Assembly (NCBI RefSeq): GCF_000181795.1
Contig: NW_003526941.1
Span: 10,346,856 to 10,410,855, forward strand
Source of the DNA: Trichinella spiralis
Lineage: Eukaryota
DNA: 64,000 nt
Direction: 5' to 3'
Of the stretch, positions 27,503-53,134 are shown in pieces. Each line of letters starts with the position of its first letter. Position 1 is the stretch's first letter. The notes below the pieces were generated by a model, which was given only the letters and a program-made list of their open reading frames with translations, was not told the origin of the DNA and did no database searches. The translations under genes were made by a program, and so were the position numbers.

Positions 27503-27710
27503 TACGCAAAGATTAAAAAAAGTAAAATGTAAAATTTATTAATTCAAATAAATTGTTTTTCATATTTTTTTATGCTGTAAACAACAACATATATTATAAA
27601 TGTTGACATCTGAAGTAAGTAAGTAAGTGATTTGTTGTTTTGTGTTCGTTTGCATCCATCAATTTTGATGGTGATCAGCTAAGCTAAGCTAAGCTATGCT
27701 GGCTAGTTAG

Positions 27711-28843
27711 CTAGCTGGTTGGTGAATTGGTTTGGTCGTCGTGTTGGTGAGGTTCATCAGGAGGTGTTTTTTCGACCGGCTCGACAGCTTGTTTATTATC
27801 CTGCTGCGCGTTGTTGTTGTTGTTGGTGTTGGTCGCCGGATTGGGATTTTCTGACATTGTCAGCAACACCGGTGGAGATACGGCAGACTGGTGTTGGACC
27901 GTCGTATTATCGGTTTGGTTGTGACCGTCGGTTTCGGCTTCGGACTGCTGCGTACGAGCCATGGCGATCACGTCTTCGTAATTGGGCGGCGGTGGCAGTT
28001 GGCAGACGTCGACCAGCGGACGCCCGCCGATGTCGGTCCAGAACATCCTCGCAATCTGGGCCGACTGACCACCGTCTGCTGGACACGTCGAAGCCGAATG
28101 ATGACCGTTCGCTGTCAGTGGCTGTTGCCGGTGACCGTTGTTGAGCTGGGTCTTGCGGCGCCGGAACAAGCAGTAGGCGATCAGGGCGGTCAGCAGAATC
28201 AAGAAGATGCTCGAACAAGTGCCGAACAAATAGCTGTACCATTTTACCCGGCTCTCGGCCGGGAATTCGACCAAATGGCCGAGCTCGGTTTCGCAGTGCA
28301 TGCCGACAAACGGGAACCGACACAAGCAGCCACGCCCTTTGACCGGCGTGCCGTGGTTGAAGCAGAGCACGTGGTCGCACTCTTCGCCGTAGAAATTCGG
28401 CCGACACTGGCAGACGTCGTAGCCGCCGTCTTTGACCAACTGACCATTGGCGCAGAATTTTTCACACAAGGCGCCGAACCACGGCTCCGGGCACACGCAC
28501 CGCAAGTCGATGCTGAAAGACCTGTAACCACCGTTCCAACATTCGGGCAAATAGCGACAGTTGCGGTCCAAGTTGTCCATACCGTCCGGACATTTGCACC
28601 GGACCCCGAACTCGCCGGTCTTCTTCGACTCTTTGGGCGGCAGCAGCGCCAACGAGATGTTGTAATAGCCGGTGTAGGATTTGCAGGTGTTGAAACGCCG
28701 ATCGGCGTCGATGCGCTGTATTGTCCACTCTTGGACCGCGCCGGCGATCTCCTCGTCCGGCTCCGGGTAGCCGTTCTCGCAGCAGGTGATGATGAACGAA
28801 CGCAGCACATGATCGTCGGCTGCTTTTTCCGTACTTTCATCCG
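27711..28843 (-). CDS. EGF-repeat single-pass (type I-like) membrane protein; large terminal exon, 5' exon(s) unresolved
   Basis: 3-4 EGF-like Cys repeats (CWNGG..CVCPEPWFGALCE; CQCRPNFYGEECD; CFNHG..CLCRFPFVGMHCE), TM segment YLFGTCSSIFLILLTALIAYCLF, stop-transfer RRRK, cytoplasmic PPPPNY. Acceptor tttgtag before 28843. Confidence 0.8.
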
Positions 28844-31580
28844 CTACAAACGATCACGATGAGCAAGCAAGAATAATCATTTTTAAAAAAAAAACAAAAT
28901 TCTTCCCATTTCTTTTTAAATTATTATGAAATTTATATCAAAAGATACAACTTCTTCATACCAGCGTCTGTGGTAGTGATGCGATTTGGAAAGGAAGAAT
29001 ACAATAATCATCATGGTGTAAGTTGTTTATCATTTATACTTTTTTTCGAATCGAAAATGAATTTATTTGATATTTTAAAATGTATTATCGCTTATTAATA
29101 TTGAAACGAATCAATTAATTTTTTGATCGTCGTCATCTTATATGAAATTCCAAAAATATACATAATTTCTTTTCCACTTCTGGTTGTTGTTGTTCATGAA
29201 ACAGCATCACATGTTATTATTAACGCGTTCCATTTTTTTTCGAAACCGGATCATTCTTGTTCTCATTCTCCTCCGTTCAACTCTACATATTTTCTGTTGT
29301 GCTGCTTTGTACTTACTCTTGTGCAACATGACGTTCGTTTTTTTTGGCACGTTAAAATTCTAGGAAAAAAATAAACCTTTTTTTTCTTTTCAAAACTAAC
29401 TTATTCAAAATTAATTCAACGTGAACAATTGTATTGATGACGACAATAGCCAAGTTCTCTATGGAACTATCCAGTTCGCTAATTCCATGTTCAATTCGCT
29501 TTGTTTAACATTTTCAGCACTGCGTGTCGACCCATCGATACAGTATCCATGATGAGATGGATCGTATTTTTTTCTTCTTCTTCTCCTATTTGTTCATTCA
29601 AATTATTTGTTCTTGATTTCACTTTTTTTCACTTTCTACAGTCTACCATCATCGTTATTGTTGTTGTTGTTGATGTCGAAGTGGTCAGTCACATTGAACG
29701 CAACGTTTCAAGCGTATGCGGCTGTTGTTTGTGTCACGGTGAACTTTTCTACACTGTTCTGTTCTCTCTCTATCTCTCTTTCTCGTACGCTCAATTCGGC
29801 GGCCTTGGTTGGACTGGAATAAATATTTACTCGACGTCAACGCGCCCAATATACAATAGAACACCGCGCGTGATTCAATGCTGCACAATTTGAATTTTCA
29901 AATGTCTCGAAAAACACGGCATTTTTAAAATGAATAATTTGACGAGAGAAACGAAAAGTCCCACAACAACAACAACAATTATTATTATTATTATTATTAT
30001 TAAATATATTTTCTACTTTTGGAAGGGGGAACAAATATATATATATTGAAAACAGTGAATAAGTGAAATGTATTTTACCTGCACTGAGTACTGTGACCAA
30101 CCAGATGGTCGGTAGAAGCCAACAACAGTCGGCTGAAATCATTGGCTTCTTTTTGGTCTGTTTTTTTTCTCGGATCGAAGCGAAAATGAATAAAACAGAA
30201 TCCTTTATTCAACCAATGCTTGGGATTATTACTGTTCTGATGTTATTAAATTCTCACATCCATCGTGGTAGTCAGGTAAAAAGGCCAAAATGTCGACCTT
30301 TGCTCTGATATACCGTTGAGTTTGCATAAAGTGGTTGAATGAGGAAAGTTTGAAAAATAGCACACAGCCGAACAACAAGCTGTCGTTGGTGTGCGACTGT
30401 TGCTATAAAACGCGACGTCGGCGACGATGCAAGCGGTCAGTGCTGATGATGGCGCTGCAGTCGGTCAGTCAGTGCGCATCATCAGCATCAGCATCATCAG
30501 AATCGTTGCAACCGGTCTGTTCAATCGATGATCAATTTGGTCGGTGGGAAAAGGGGGTAGGGGGAGGAGGAGGAGGAGGAAATTTTTTTGTCCAACGGAC
30601 CAGTTTAATGAAGCTTGCAAACAAAAGTGGTGAGGAAGTGAGGAAAAAAAGCGAAAATTCAAACAACATCAAACGGTACAGCTTTTAATTTTCAAATTAA
30701 ATCTCTGTTGGTTGTGTGTGTGTGTGTGTGTGTGTGTGTTTAATTGCGAGGGGGAAAACTTTTTTATGCATTATTCTGCTTTATGAGATTATTTCAAAAA
30801 ACCAGAGAGAGAAACGTAATATTATATCAATATTGATTGACCAACTCCTGGATGCTCAGGTAACTCAGGTGCGCAGCAGGTTGCTTTGCCAACTAAAACT
30901 GCCTGTCCGCTTGCTTGCCTGCTTGCTTGCTGCTCGACAATCAATCGATTCATCTTTCCCCAATTTTCAACCGTCATCCATTATTATTATTATTATTATT
31001 CACTTTGTATATTTACAAAATTGACTGTTCTCTCTTTGAACATATTTTCATTTCACTTTTGTCAACCAGAAAAAGAGACATTCAATCCGCATAAGCTGTT
31101 AAAAGTGTTGCTGCCTTTGTTATCAAATAATCATTCTGTTTCTTTTCTTCTTTTTTTACAAAATTCACCATTGCATTATTGTCCTTTTTTATCTTCAAAA
31201 CTCCATTTTGAATAACTATTTTTATTATCAAAAGAAAATAAAATTCAAGCTGATTTGTTTTTCCAATTTACTCAAATTGTACCTGCGTTTTTTTATTGAA
31301 AATTTTTATTTCACTTTTACATTTTTCATATTTGATATAAATTTATCCATTTTTATTCTAATAACTAGAATGTGCTGTCATTTCAAATCATAAACAATCC
31401 ATTCGCGTGTCACTAATAATTATGTATACTGTAAATTTATTCAGGGTCATATGCAATAATAATATTCAGGTTCAGTTGCTATTCTTCTAGATTACTGTCG
31501 ATAAAGTGTACGCAACGTGTAGTAAGTTAGTTGTTTGTTAGGGTTGTGCTTTGTTCGAAATTTCCATTCTTACTCGAACA

Positions 31581-33374
31581 ATGGAATCAACTAGAGTTTA
31601 CGTTGGCCAATTGACCAGTGATATACGAGAAAATGATTTGGAAAATTTTTTCAAAGGTTACGGCCGAATTCGTGAAATCACACTGAAAAATGGTTATGGA
31701 TTTGTGGTCAGTTGTTTTTGATTATTGCTGTATTGCGTTAATTATTTTTCTTTTTGTAAATTAATATTTGAAATGTTTTCACGTTTGTGATTTGGTTTCA
31801 ATTTTAGGAATTTGACGAACGTCGAGATGCTGATGACGCTGTGCACGATTTGAACGGAAAACCTCTGCTGGGTGAAAAGTAATAATATTTCATTCATTTA
31901 TTGATGTCTAATAATTTTTTGTTTGTTATTTTAATTGAAAATTGATGCTTTAGAATTCGAGTCGAAATGGCGCATCGATTTTCTCGTGACCGTTTCGCAA
32001 GCGGTCGTGGAGGCGGTTTCCGTGGTCGTTACAATGGTGATCGTGGTTATGATCGCAGCCGCCATGGTGGTCGTTGGGAAAGACGTCGGCCAGTCAATCC
32101 GCCACGTCGAAGTCGCTATCGCCTTCTGGTCGAGAATCTTTCCAGTGCCATCTCTTGGCGAGTAAGTCTATTTTTGTTTGTTTATTTTTTTCTCAGAGTC
32201 TTGTTTGTTTACCGCTTTGTTGTTCTTGTCAAAAAAATATGTGAGGTATTTTTTCTGAAACGCAAATTCGGTTGGCGCGAATATTCTTTATAATATGTAT
32301 ATGTAACAGCTCATCAGTTAAGTTGCAACGCAGTTTGTAAGCATTCCACCAGTGAATACATTTAAATTGCTTACGTCAAGCGGTCAACAACGGTTCCGTC
32401 GTTTTTTAAAGGACTGTTTTGTTTCTAGCGTCCCACGTATCTAATCAGTGATCTGTGCTATGTCTAGCTTGTGAGCGTGCTGTGACGAAAATTCCACAAA
32501 AAATACCAAATACAAATATTTTACGACGGTCTCGACGCCGAATCTGATTTTCCTTTAAACAATCTGACTGAGAGCTGTGTGCTGCCGTGTGTAGGGCTTC
32601 TATAAGTGTATGCAAATTTAAACAAAACCTGGTACTCAGTCTTCCGCGCTTGTTGTATGTATATCATCGGTTCTGCACCTCGCACGGGAATGCGGTCTTC
32701 CTGTTTCTCCAGTGTCGATCGACATTCCACTACCGAATTTCTTCTTTTGCCATGCTCCGAGTACTAAACGAGAAAATGTCTCCGTTTAATATGTTGTAAT
32801 TCGATGATCCTGTCTGTGATCATTCTTGTCGGTATGCCACATGTAGACTTTTTTTCCAGTTTCGAAACACTTCTGCATCATTTATTAACATTTGATTATT
32901 TTTATTAAAAACAGGAACTGAAAGATTTCATGAATCAAGCCGGAGAAGTTTGTTTTACGGATGTTTATCCGCAGCGTCGTGAAGGGTAAGAATTGGTCGT
33001 TAGTTGTCAATTTTTGTTTTTGCTTTTGCTATTCAATATTTTCCCATTGTAGGATTGTGGAATTTGAATCGTCGTCGGCGATGGAAAATGCTCTGAAAAA
33101 GTTGAACGGCGAAGAGTTGAACGGTCGTCGTATTCGAATTACTGAAGAAAAATTGGATTCGAACAAGTCCAATCGAAATCGAAAGTATTACAAGAAATTT
33201 TGGGCTATTTATTTATTAATTTATTTTATTTAATTTAAATTTAGAAGCAAAAGTCGTGAAAGCAGCAGAAGTAGTAGCAGTCGTGGCAGTTCAAAATCTA
33301 AACAGTCTGCAGATTCAGAGACTGCGGAAGCGAAACGCAAGCAGCACAACAACAGCAGCAGTGCAAGTGATTGA
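31581..33374 (+). CDS. SR splicing factor of the SRSF4/5/6 (B52/SRp55, rsp-1/rsp-2) family; 6 exons: 31581-31706, 31808-31878, 31954-32161, 32915-32985, 33053-33184, 33245-33374
   Basis: RRM1 [28 protein letters not shown], Gly/Arg linker, pseudo-[45 protein letters not shown], short Ser-rich tail. Confidence 0.92.
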
Positions 33375-34228
33375 TTAATGTAGTAGAAAAGTAGAGAATT
33401 TCCAAAAACAACAACAACAACAACATTCAATTTGACACTCTTGCAGTCAGTATAACTTACATCGTCACATGTTTAGTTCATTATTTATGATCATATTTGT
33501 TTGTTATGCATTTTTTATTATTTGTTCTTGGTGGTCTTATATGCTAATAATTTATTTGTCTCTGACTGATTGATTGTAATGATTTATTATTATGCAACAA
33601 TCGTAATAGTGAGAAAACAGTAGCACGTGACATTTTTTTCAAATAAAATTTTAACTTACAATGGTATTAATTAATGAAATAAAAAGTAAATTTTTATACG
33701 ATTTTAAAATGTAATCTGATGATGATATGGAAATGAAGAGAAATAATAGGAAAAATTGAAATTACCTCTTCTATTTGTTTGCTTTTAAAATAACGAATGA
33801 CTGATGACACACAATGACAACAAATATCATCGTTGATCAAGATTATTTGCGTAAAAAAAGAGTACAGAAGTTTGTTTAGTGATTTTGTTTCTTGTATATC
33901 AAAAAATGACTCAAAAACTTTCATAAATCAAATGAACATTTACTTGATTTACATGTGCATACATGATATTTATTTATTAGAAATATGCTTCTACTAGAAA
34001 AAAAGTCTTCTTTTTTCTCAAAAATATTTACTAATATTTGCATGCATTACGTGAGTGTGACATTTTTGATGAATTTAATGACTGCATTTAATTTTTACTT
34101 TTACAGATTGTATGATTTTGTTGAGTGAACTTGAAAATCCATACTGTGGCGATTATTACTGTATAGTAGTGTAATAATAGTGAGTTGTTCTTGATTGAAA
34201 ATTTCTGGTCAGTAAATTCAGTTCAGTT

Positions 34229-36154
<1,926 letters not shown>

Positions 36155-37989
36155 TTTTTTTTTCTTTTTGGAAAAAACTTTTCTATCTTTTTAATTGAAT
36201 GCACTTAGATAAGATTAATTGGAGTAATGGGAAATAAAAGTGAAAGAAAAAGAAGTTCAACAAACAATTCTATTTGTACATACGTTAAGCATAAACGTTG
36301 CATTAATAAAGTTTTGATTATTATTAAGTTTTTACTATTTTCACAATACCGTGAACGCATTGCAACAACCGCTTTCACTGAGGTACGTGACAGAAAAGTT
36401 TTCTTCTACAAAATGGATTAGTCATCTAGATAGAATTTTTCAAACTCTGTATCAGGTTTGCAAAAAATTTAACAATTTTTGTACAATTGAACTACTGAAA
36501 ATTAAATACTGCTTTTAAATTTTCAGATGTTCTTCATTCATACAAAAGTTTTGTTACGCTTTTCGACACACAGTTCGTCTTTATCGAATATGGTATTTTA
36601 ATGCCAACAACCTGAATTCACAAAGAAAAATAATTTCACGTAGGTATTTAAGCTGATGAAATGGATTCTTATCGATTCGTGACACAATAAAAACAATTGC
36701 ATTTAATTTTTTTAAATCAATAGTGACAGTATGATCAATTGATGTTCAAGTGAGTATTCCATCGGGGCGCGGTTATTGCACATCAGTCACTACAGTTCTG
36801 TTCTTACGGCACAGTGACTTTTTCTACTGGTCACTGTTCACGCACGTACTGGATGAGTTGTGCAATGAAGGATTGAATTCACCGTGAAATGATACATCAA
36901 AGATATTTTTAATTGTAAAAAATTATTACGTTTAAAGCAAATTTTGTTTCTTTTTTCATATTTCTTAGTAATTTTTCGTTCGAATTTTTATGTACTGTTT
37001 TATTGATAGAAGAAGTGATGTGGATGATCTTTTTGATTAATTTTATAAAATATGTTTCAGGAAATAAAATGTCTGTAGCGTTTCAACTAAAAATACAACA
37101 GGCAAGCAACCAATCTCAACAAGCATCTCGTTGTTGTTCTCTTCTGTGTGGTTTTGAGCAATAGAGATCAATTGAACAGTTTTAGAAAGGTAGAACATTT
37201 TTCTTATAGCAATTCTACACAATCTCTACACTAATTTCAATTGGAATAAAATGAAATGTTTTTTTTTTAATTTCACTCAATCGCCAGCGTTGAAATTTAA
37301 TTACACATAACATAATAATACTTACTTGTCATCATCAATCGTTTTTGATTTTAATCATGATATATTTTTGAAAATTTTTCAAAACTTATTCTCTATTTAT
37401 TCTTTCTTTTTCTTTAGTTAAAAGTCGTGTGAAAGAAAGATTTGAATTAATTTGCTTGGTACAATTTTGAAGTTTCATTCAAAACTGGAAGTAAGCTTCA
37501 TAATAATATGCATGCAATAAATAAGAGTCGATTTTCTGAATGTGGCGTAGCTTTTGTTTCTTCTAATGAGTCCAATGAGAAACAGCAGCCGTGTGTTGTT
37601 GTTTGCTTGCGTAATTTTTCAAACCACTAGCGTTTGGTTTGGGATATGTTTGGAAGACATCTATTTTAAAAATGAATGCCGCCCCTCATGCTTGAACAAA
37701 GCAACTACGTCGTCTGGCGGCTGGCTTGGTGGTTGGAAGCAGACGGCTGAGCGTTATCGTTGCTTCCTCCTCCTCCTCTCCAACTTTTCATTTGCCAATC
37801 AAAGTCACTCATTCGACTGGCAAAACAGCCATCCCGTCAGCCATCCTGCCAGCCATCCAACCTTCTAGCCTGCCTTTTCGATGCCTTTAATCAGGATGCC
37901 CCTCCTGATGCAGGTCGCATATTGCAGCTGATCATGTCATCGTCTTTCTATGATAGAGAATTGCTTGATTTTCAAAAATAAAAGCAACA

Positions 37990-48926
<10,937 letters not shown>

Positions 48927-51900
48927 GTAAGTCGTTTATCCATGCATATATAGATATTTTATTTCAATTACCGCTTGTTGTGTGTATGTGTGCGCGTGCT
49001 TTTTGCATTTGTGTGTTTTTTCTTTTGCTTCTTGTTTGAAATGGAAAAAAATAAGCAAAAGTTATGATTACTTTATTCTGAATGTGAGCTTGCCAGTGTT
49101 CTTTTGCTTTTGCTCGTTTTGTTCAGAAGTTCCAAGTTTTCTTTGGCGTGCAGTATGTAGCCAGTATCGTAATGAAAGATGAAATTTCCATTTCTTGTTA
49201 ACATTTCGCATCCACAGTAACAGTAACAACAATCATTATATAATAACAGGCATGCAGCAGTGGCATGCACAATGAAAATGGTACAATCGTACAATTGTTG
49301 TTGTGTTGTTTGGATTTTTGCTATGCTTATTATAATTTGTGCGCTGTTTGAAAAGGTAGATTTTGTCTTCATCTACTAGAGTGTTTTTGGCTTCTGCTTT
49401 CTTTTTTTTCTATCTGAACTCACCACGTATCTATGTCAGTCTATGAGCAGTTGGTGACATTCTCAACAATCTCATTGTCTTTAGGATGGATGAACCTTTT
49501 TTGGGCGATGTTTGTCATTTGAAAATTTTTTCCATAAAAAAAGTCTCGTTTTATGAGCTATAAAAAACATGATCAGTCGACTGGACAAGAGATGCTGGAT
49601 ATTTTTCTTTTTCTACCCAGCACATGGATGGCATTTGTTTTCTTTCTTGGCAAGCGTGAAATTATTTTGCAACGATTGAAAAAATGCTTCTAATCTCTTT
49701 CTCTCTTTGTGCAATGAGAATGAAGATTGTTTGTTTGTTTGTCTGCTGAATTTTTGCGCACATTTTGTTCGATCAGAAGCAGATAAAGTGGAAGACAATA
49801 ATGCATATATATATCTATAACTTGCAACAGTGTCGAAACAGCACGAAAATGCTGCTTTACTCTCAATATGCATACCGTAAATGGAAAAAGAGACGCAGTA
49901 TAGTAATAACTCATTTTTTTGGGAATGAATAATAAATAAAACGCTTTTTTGGTGTATTTTCTTCTTCATTTGTAATTTTGTATATAATTTATTGGTTCGT
50001 CGATATTTTTTTTGCGTTTTTGTTCCTTTGATTTTCAAATGAGAGGCATTTGAATGAGATGAAGATTCTTATCTGCATTGAATGAGAGAGAGAGAGAGAG
50101 TATTGTTTGTTTACTGCAAATTTTTTGAGTTTTGAATAATGTAAAGTTCTAACTTTGCAGTTTTTATTGTTTTGTTATCGTGCAGATTGATTGATGAAGA
50201 GCTAATTTTGATTTTTTACTAGAAAAAATAGTTCTGTTGAATGATTCGTTTTACTCGTATGGTCACTGTTGAATTCTCATTTCGTATCAATTTTATTGCA
50301 TCTTGTTTGAAATTGCCAACAGGCAGCGAGCAGATAAATGGCTTGCGTCTATTTTATTTGATATAAATGAATAAGATGCAAATTTATCATTTTGTCGGTA
50401 CTTTCTTGAGAAATCATCATGCAGTGCAGTGCAATGTGCTATCTAGATTATAAGTGGAATGATGAACTTTGTTGATAACAGCAGAATTTTTGCACAACTG
50501 TTTAAAATTTTATTTATTATATATACATATATAGCAGCGATGCGTTCTATCGTTTTCATTCATTCAATTGAAGCCAGTTTCGAAAAACAGTCGTTTTCTC
50601 TACACACAGTCTTCTCAGGCAGTCAATTTTCTTCCATTTTCTCTCATTCATTTTTGGATGTTGCTCTTGAAAAATGTGAAATTTATCACCATCTTCTCTT
50701 TTATCTGCTTTATACACTTTTACGTTTGCTTTTGATTTTTCTTTTCCCACATTTAAAACCTAGCCGCTGTGCTGTGCGCACATATTCAAGCAAGCAATGA
50801 TAATTTTTTTTTCAATATCTTCTTAACTTGTTCAACAAATCAAGAGGAGGAGGATATTTTTTTGATTTTGTTATCATTATTGCACAACAACGTTTATATT
50901 TCTTTTTTAAATTTCTACTATTGACATACATGCATGCAATTGATCTTACTTGGTTGGCATGGATCATGTTCACCAAAGCATTTTCTCAAAGGGAATAATA
51001 ATAATAATGTTTTTGCTCAGTTTCAGAAGAATTTCCATAAGTTGATACTTACTTGTTCAATTTTCTCAGATTTTTTTTTCATTTTTCATTTTCATATTAA
51101 AATTATTACTTGTAAAAATACATTAATTAGTCTTTTTTTTGTTTCTGTATTTATTAGATTTTATTTTTCAATCGGAATTTTTTAGTTTGATAATTCAAAT
51201 ATACTGACGACAACTGTTGGATTTGTTGTTTCAAAATTTGCTTCACATATGTTTGAATGTTTGTTGTTTATTGAAGAAATGTTCATAAAAGTTGCAAAAG
51301 TTGGATGGTTGGTTACTTTGACATTCTTTCAAATTTGATTCAGATAAGCAATTGAAATTTAAAAATGATAAATGTTTTAAATTGAAAAATAATGTATATA
51401 TATATATGGATTTGTTTGTTTAATTTTATATTTTACATATTCAACTTTTCGTATTTAACAAATTATATAAGCACTAGTGATGGAAAATCACTAGAACGGC
51501 TAGATTTACTTACCATTTATTTGGTGGCGTGTTGTTTCTTGAGCGTGCTGAGAGGTATTGTTCCACTGATGGGGGGCAGTTTGCAAAATTATTGCTTCAA
51601 TCAAAAATAGCAGCGTTTCAATTGAAAATTTGGGCCATTCATCAACAAAATAGATTGGCAAAGTATTTCGGTGAAAATAAGTGTCAAGTTTCTTTTTGCA
51701 ATATTTTTATTATTGTACAAATATTTTATCAAATACTGTAAAAAGCCAGGAGGGGGTGTTCGAACTGTTTGTAGATGATCATGACCAAGAGTGGCGACGA
51801 TGCGTGCACACAAACTACCGAGCGTGTAAATTCGATTAGCTTTGCTGGAAAAAAAATAAAAGCACGCTTCATTCAATTTTGTCGGCTTGCTTGACCAACA

Positions 51901-53134
51901 GCGGTATAAGCAGCTTGATGAAAGGATAACAACACTGTAAGCAGTTCGTTTCGGTGAACATTTATTTATGCTGAGCTTTTTTCGAGCTTTCGAAAACGCG
52001 ATCGACCAATTTTTTTACAATAGGGAGGATGGGCATTTTTTGCAGTCGACTGACTCGTCACGAGCAAACGATATTCACGCCGGCGTGAATTTGTGGGATA
52101 CAATAAGCTTGCTCTGGTCATGTTCCAGGGGTCGACTGGATGTTCGTCGATTAAGCTGAATTAGCGATGCGTGAAAAGTCTACTAAGCGATCAGCGTTCG
52201 CTTTGCATTTGAATGCGGCCGACTGTGAAATTCGACTAGCACTAGCATTCAGTGAAACGAACCAACTGCCTGACTTCTGGTAAGCTGACCGCCTGGCAGA
52301 TGGCGCATCAGTTGCTGCTCAGCTATATGCAATGCAATTCACATCCACACACGGCTGTTGCGCCATTGGGTCGGCCAGTTGCGAATGAAACACCGATAGC
52401 ACGGAACAATCGTCTGCGAACAATGGACCAAGAGAAAACATCTGCTCGTCATTGCAATTCCGGCTGCAAGCTTTCCACTAATCCTACCGCCCGATGGGAC
52501 TTTTTCCCAAATTCCACAGCACGGCTTGCAACTGAAATCACTGACGCGTGTGATATCCCCTTTCCGTTCAGATGGTACTTGAAACGGTTTTTCATCCCCT
52601 CTCAGCGTGGCTTTGCATTCATAACGAACAAATTGGAGGGAATTGAAAAAGTTGTTCAAAGAGAAAATGTACAAAAATTTGTGTTGTAAAATTCAATTTT
52701 TCGATTCAACGAAAAACAAGCAAGCAGTATCTTTTACAATGTCAGCCGGAATATTTTTATAAATTGGCCACAATTGGTGATACCACATTTGAAATGTTAC
52801 CATTGACAGTCAAAATTTGAGTTTATAACGTATTTGAAATTTTATGTGAAGTAGTTGTCTTATTCGTGCTCTCCACTTAATCGCTCTGAATTGTCAATCA
52901 AATGTACATTTATTTTTGCGGCTTTTGTAAGAATAGAACCATTGTATTTTGTTTTTTTTGTTCAAAATTTCGACTTCTTGGAAATGCAGTCGACGAAGTT
53001 TGAAATTATTTTCCATTTAGTCAAGTGACAGACAGTCTGTATTACAATTTTAAGCATGGTTGAAATGTTATTTCAAATAATTGTTTTCTCAACTAGTGAC
53101 AGATAACATTTTGCAAACTTTTTCCAAGGGGATG

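Noticed and set aside
27719..28862. Long plus-strand and alternate-frame ORFs (323, 198, 166, 141 aa)
   Set aside because: Shadow ORFs of the GC-rich EGF exon; no domain features.
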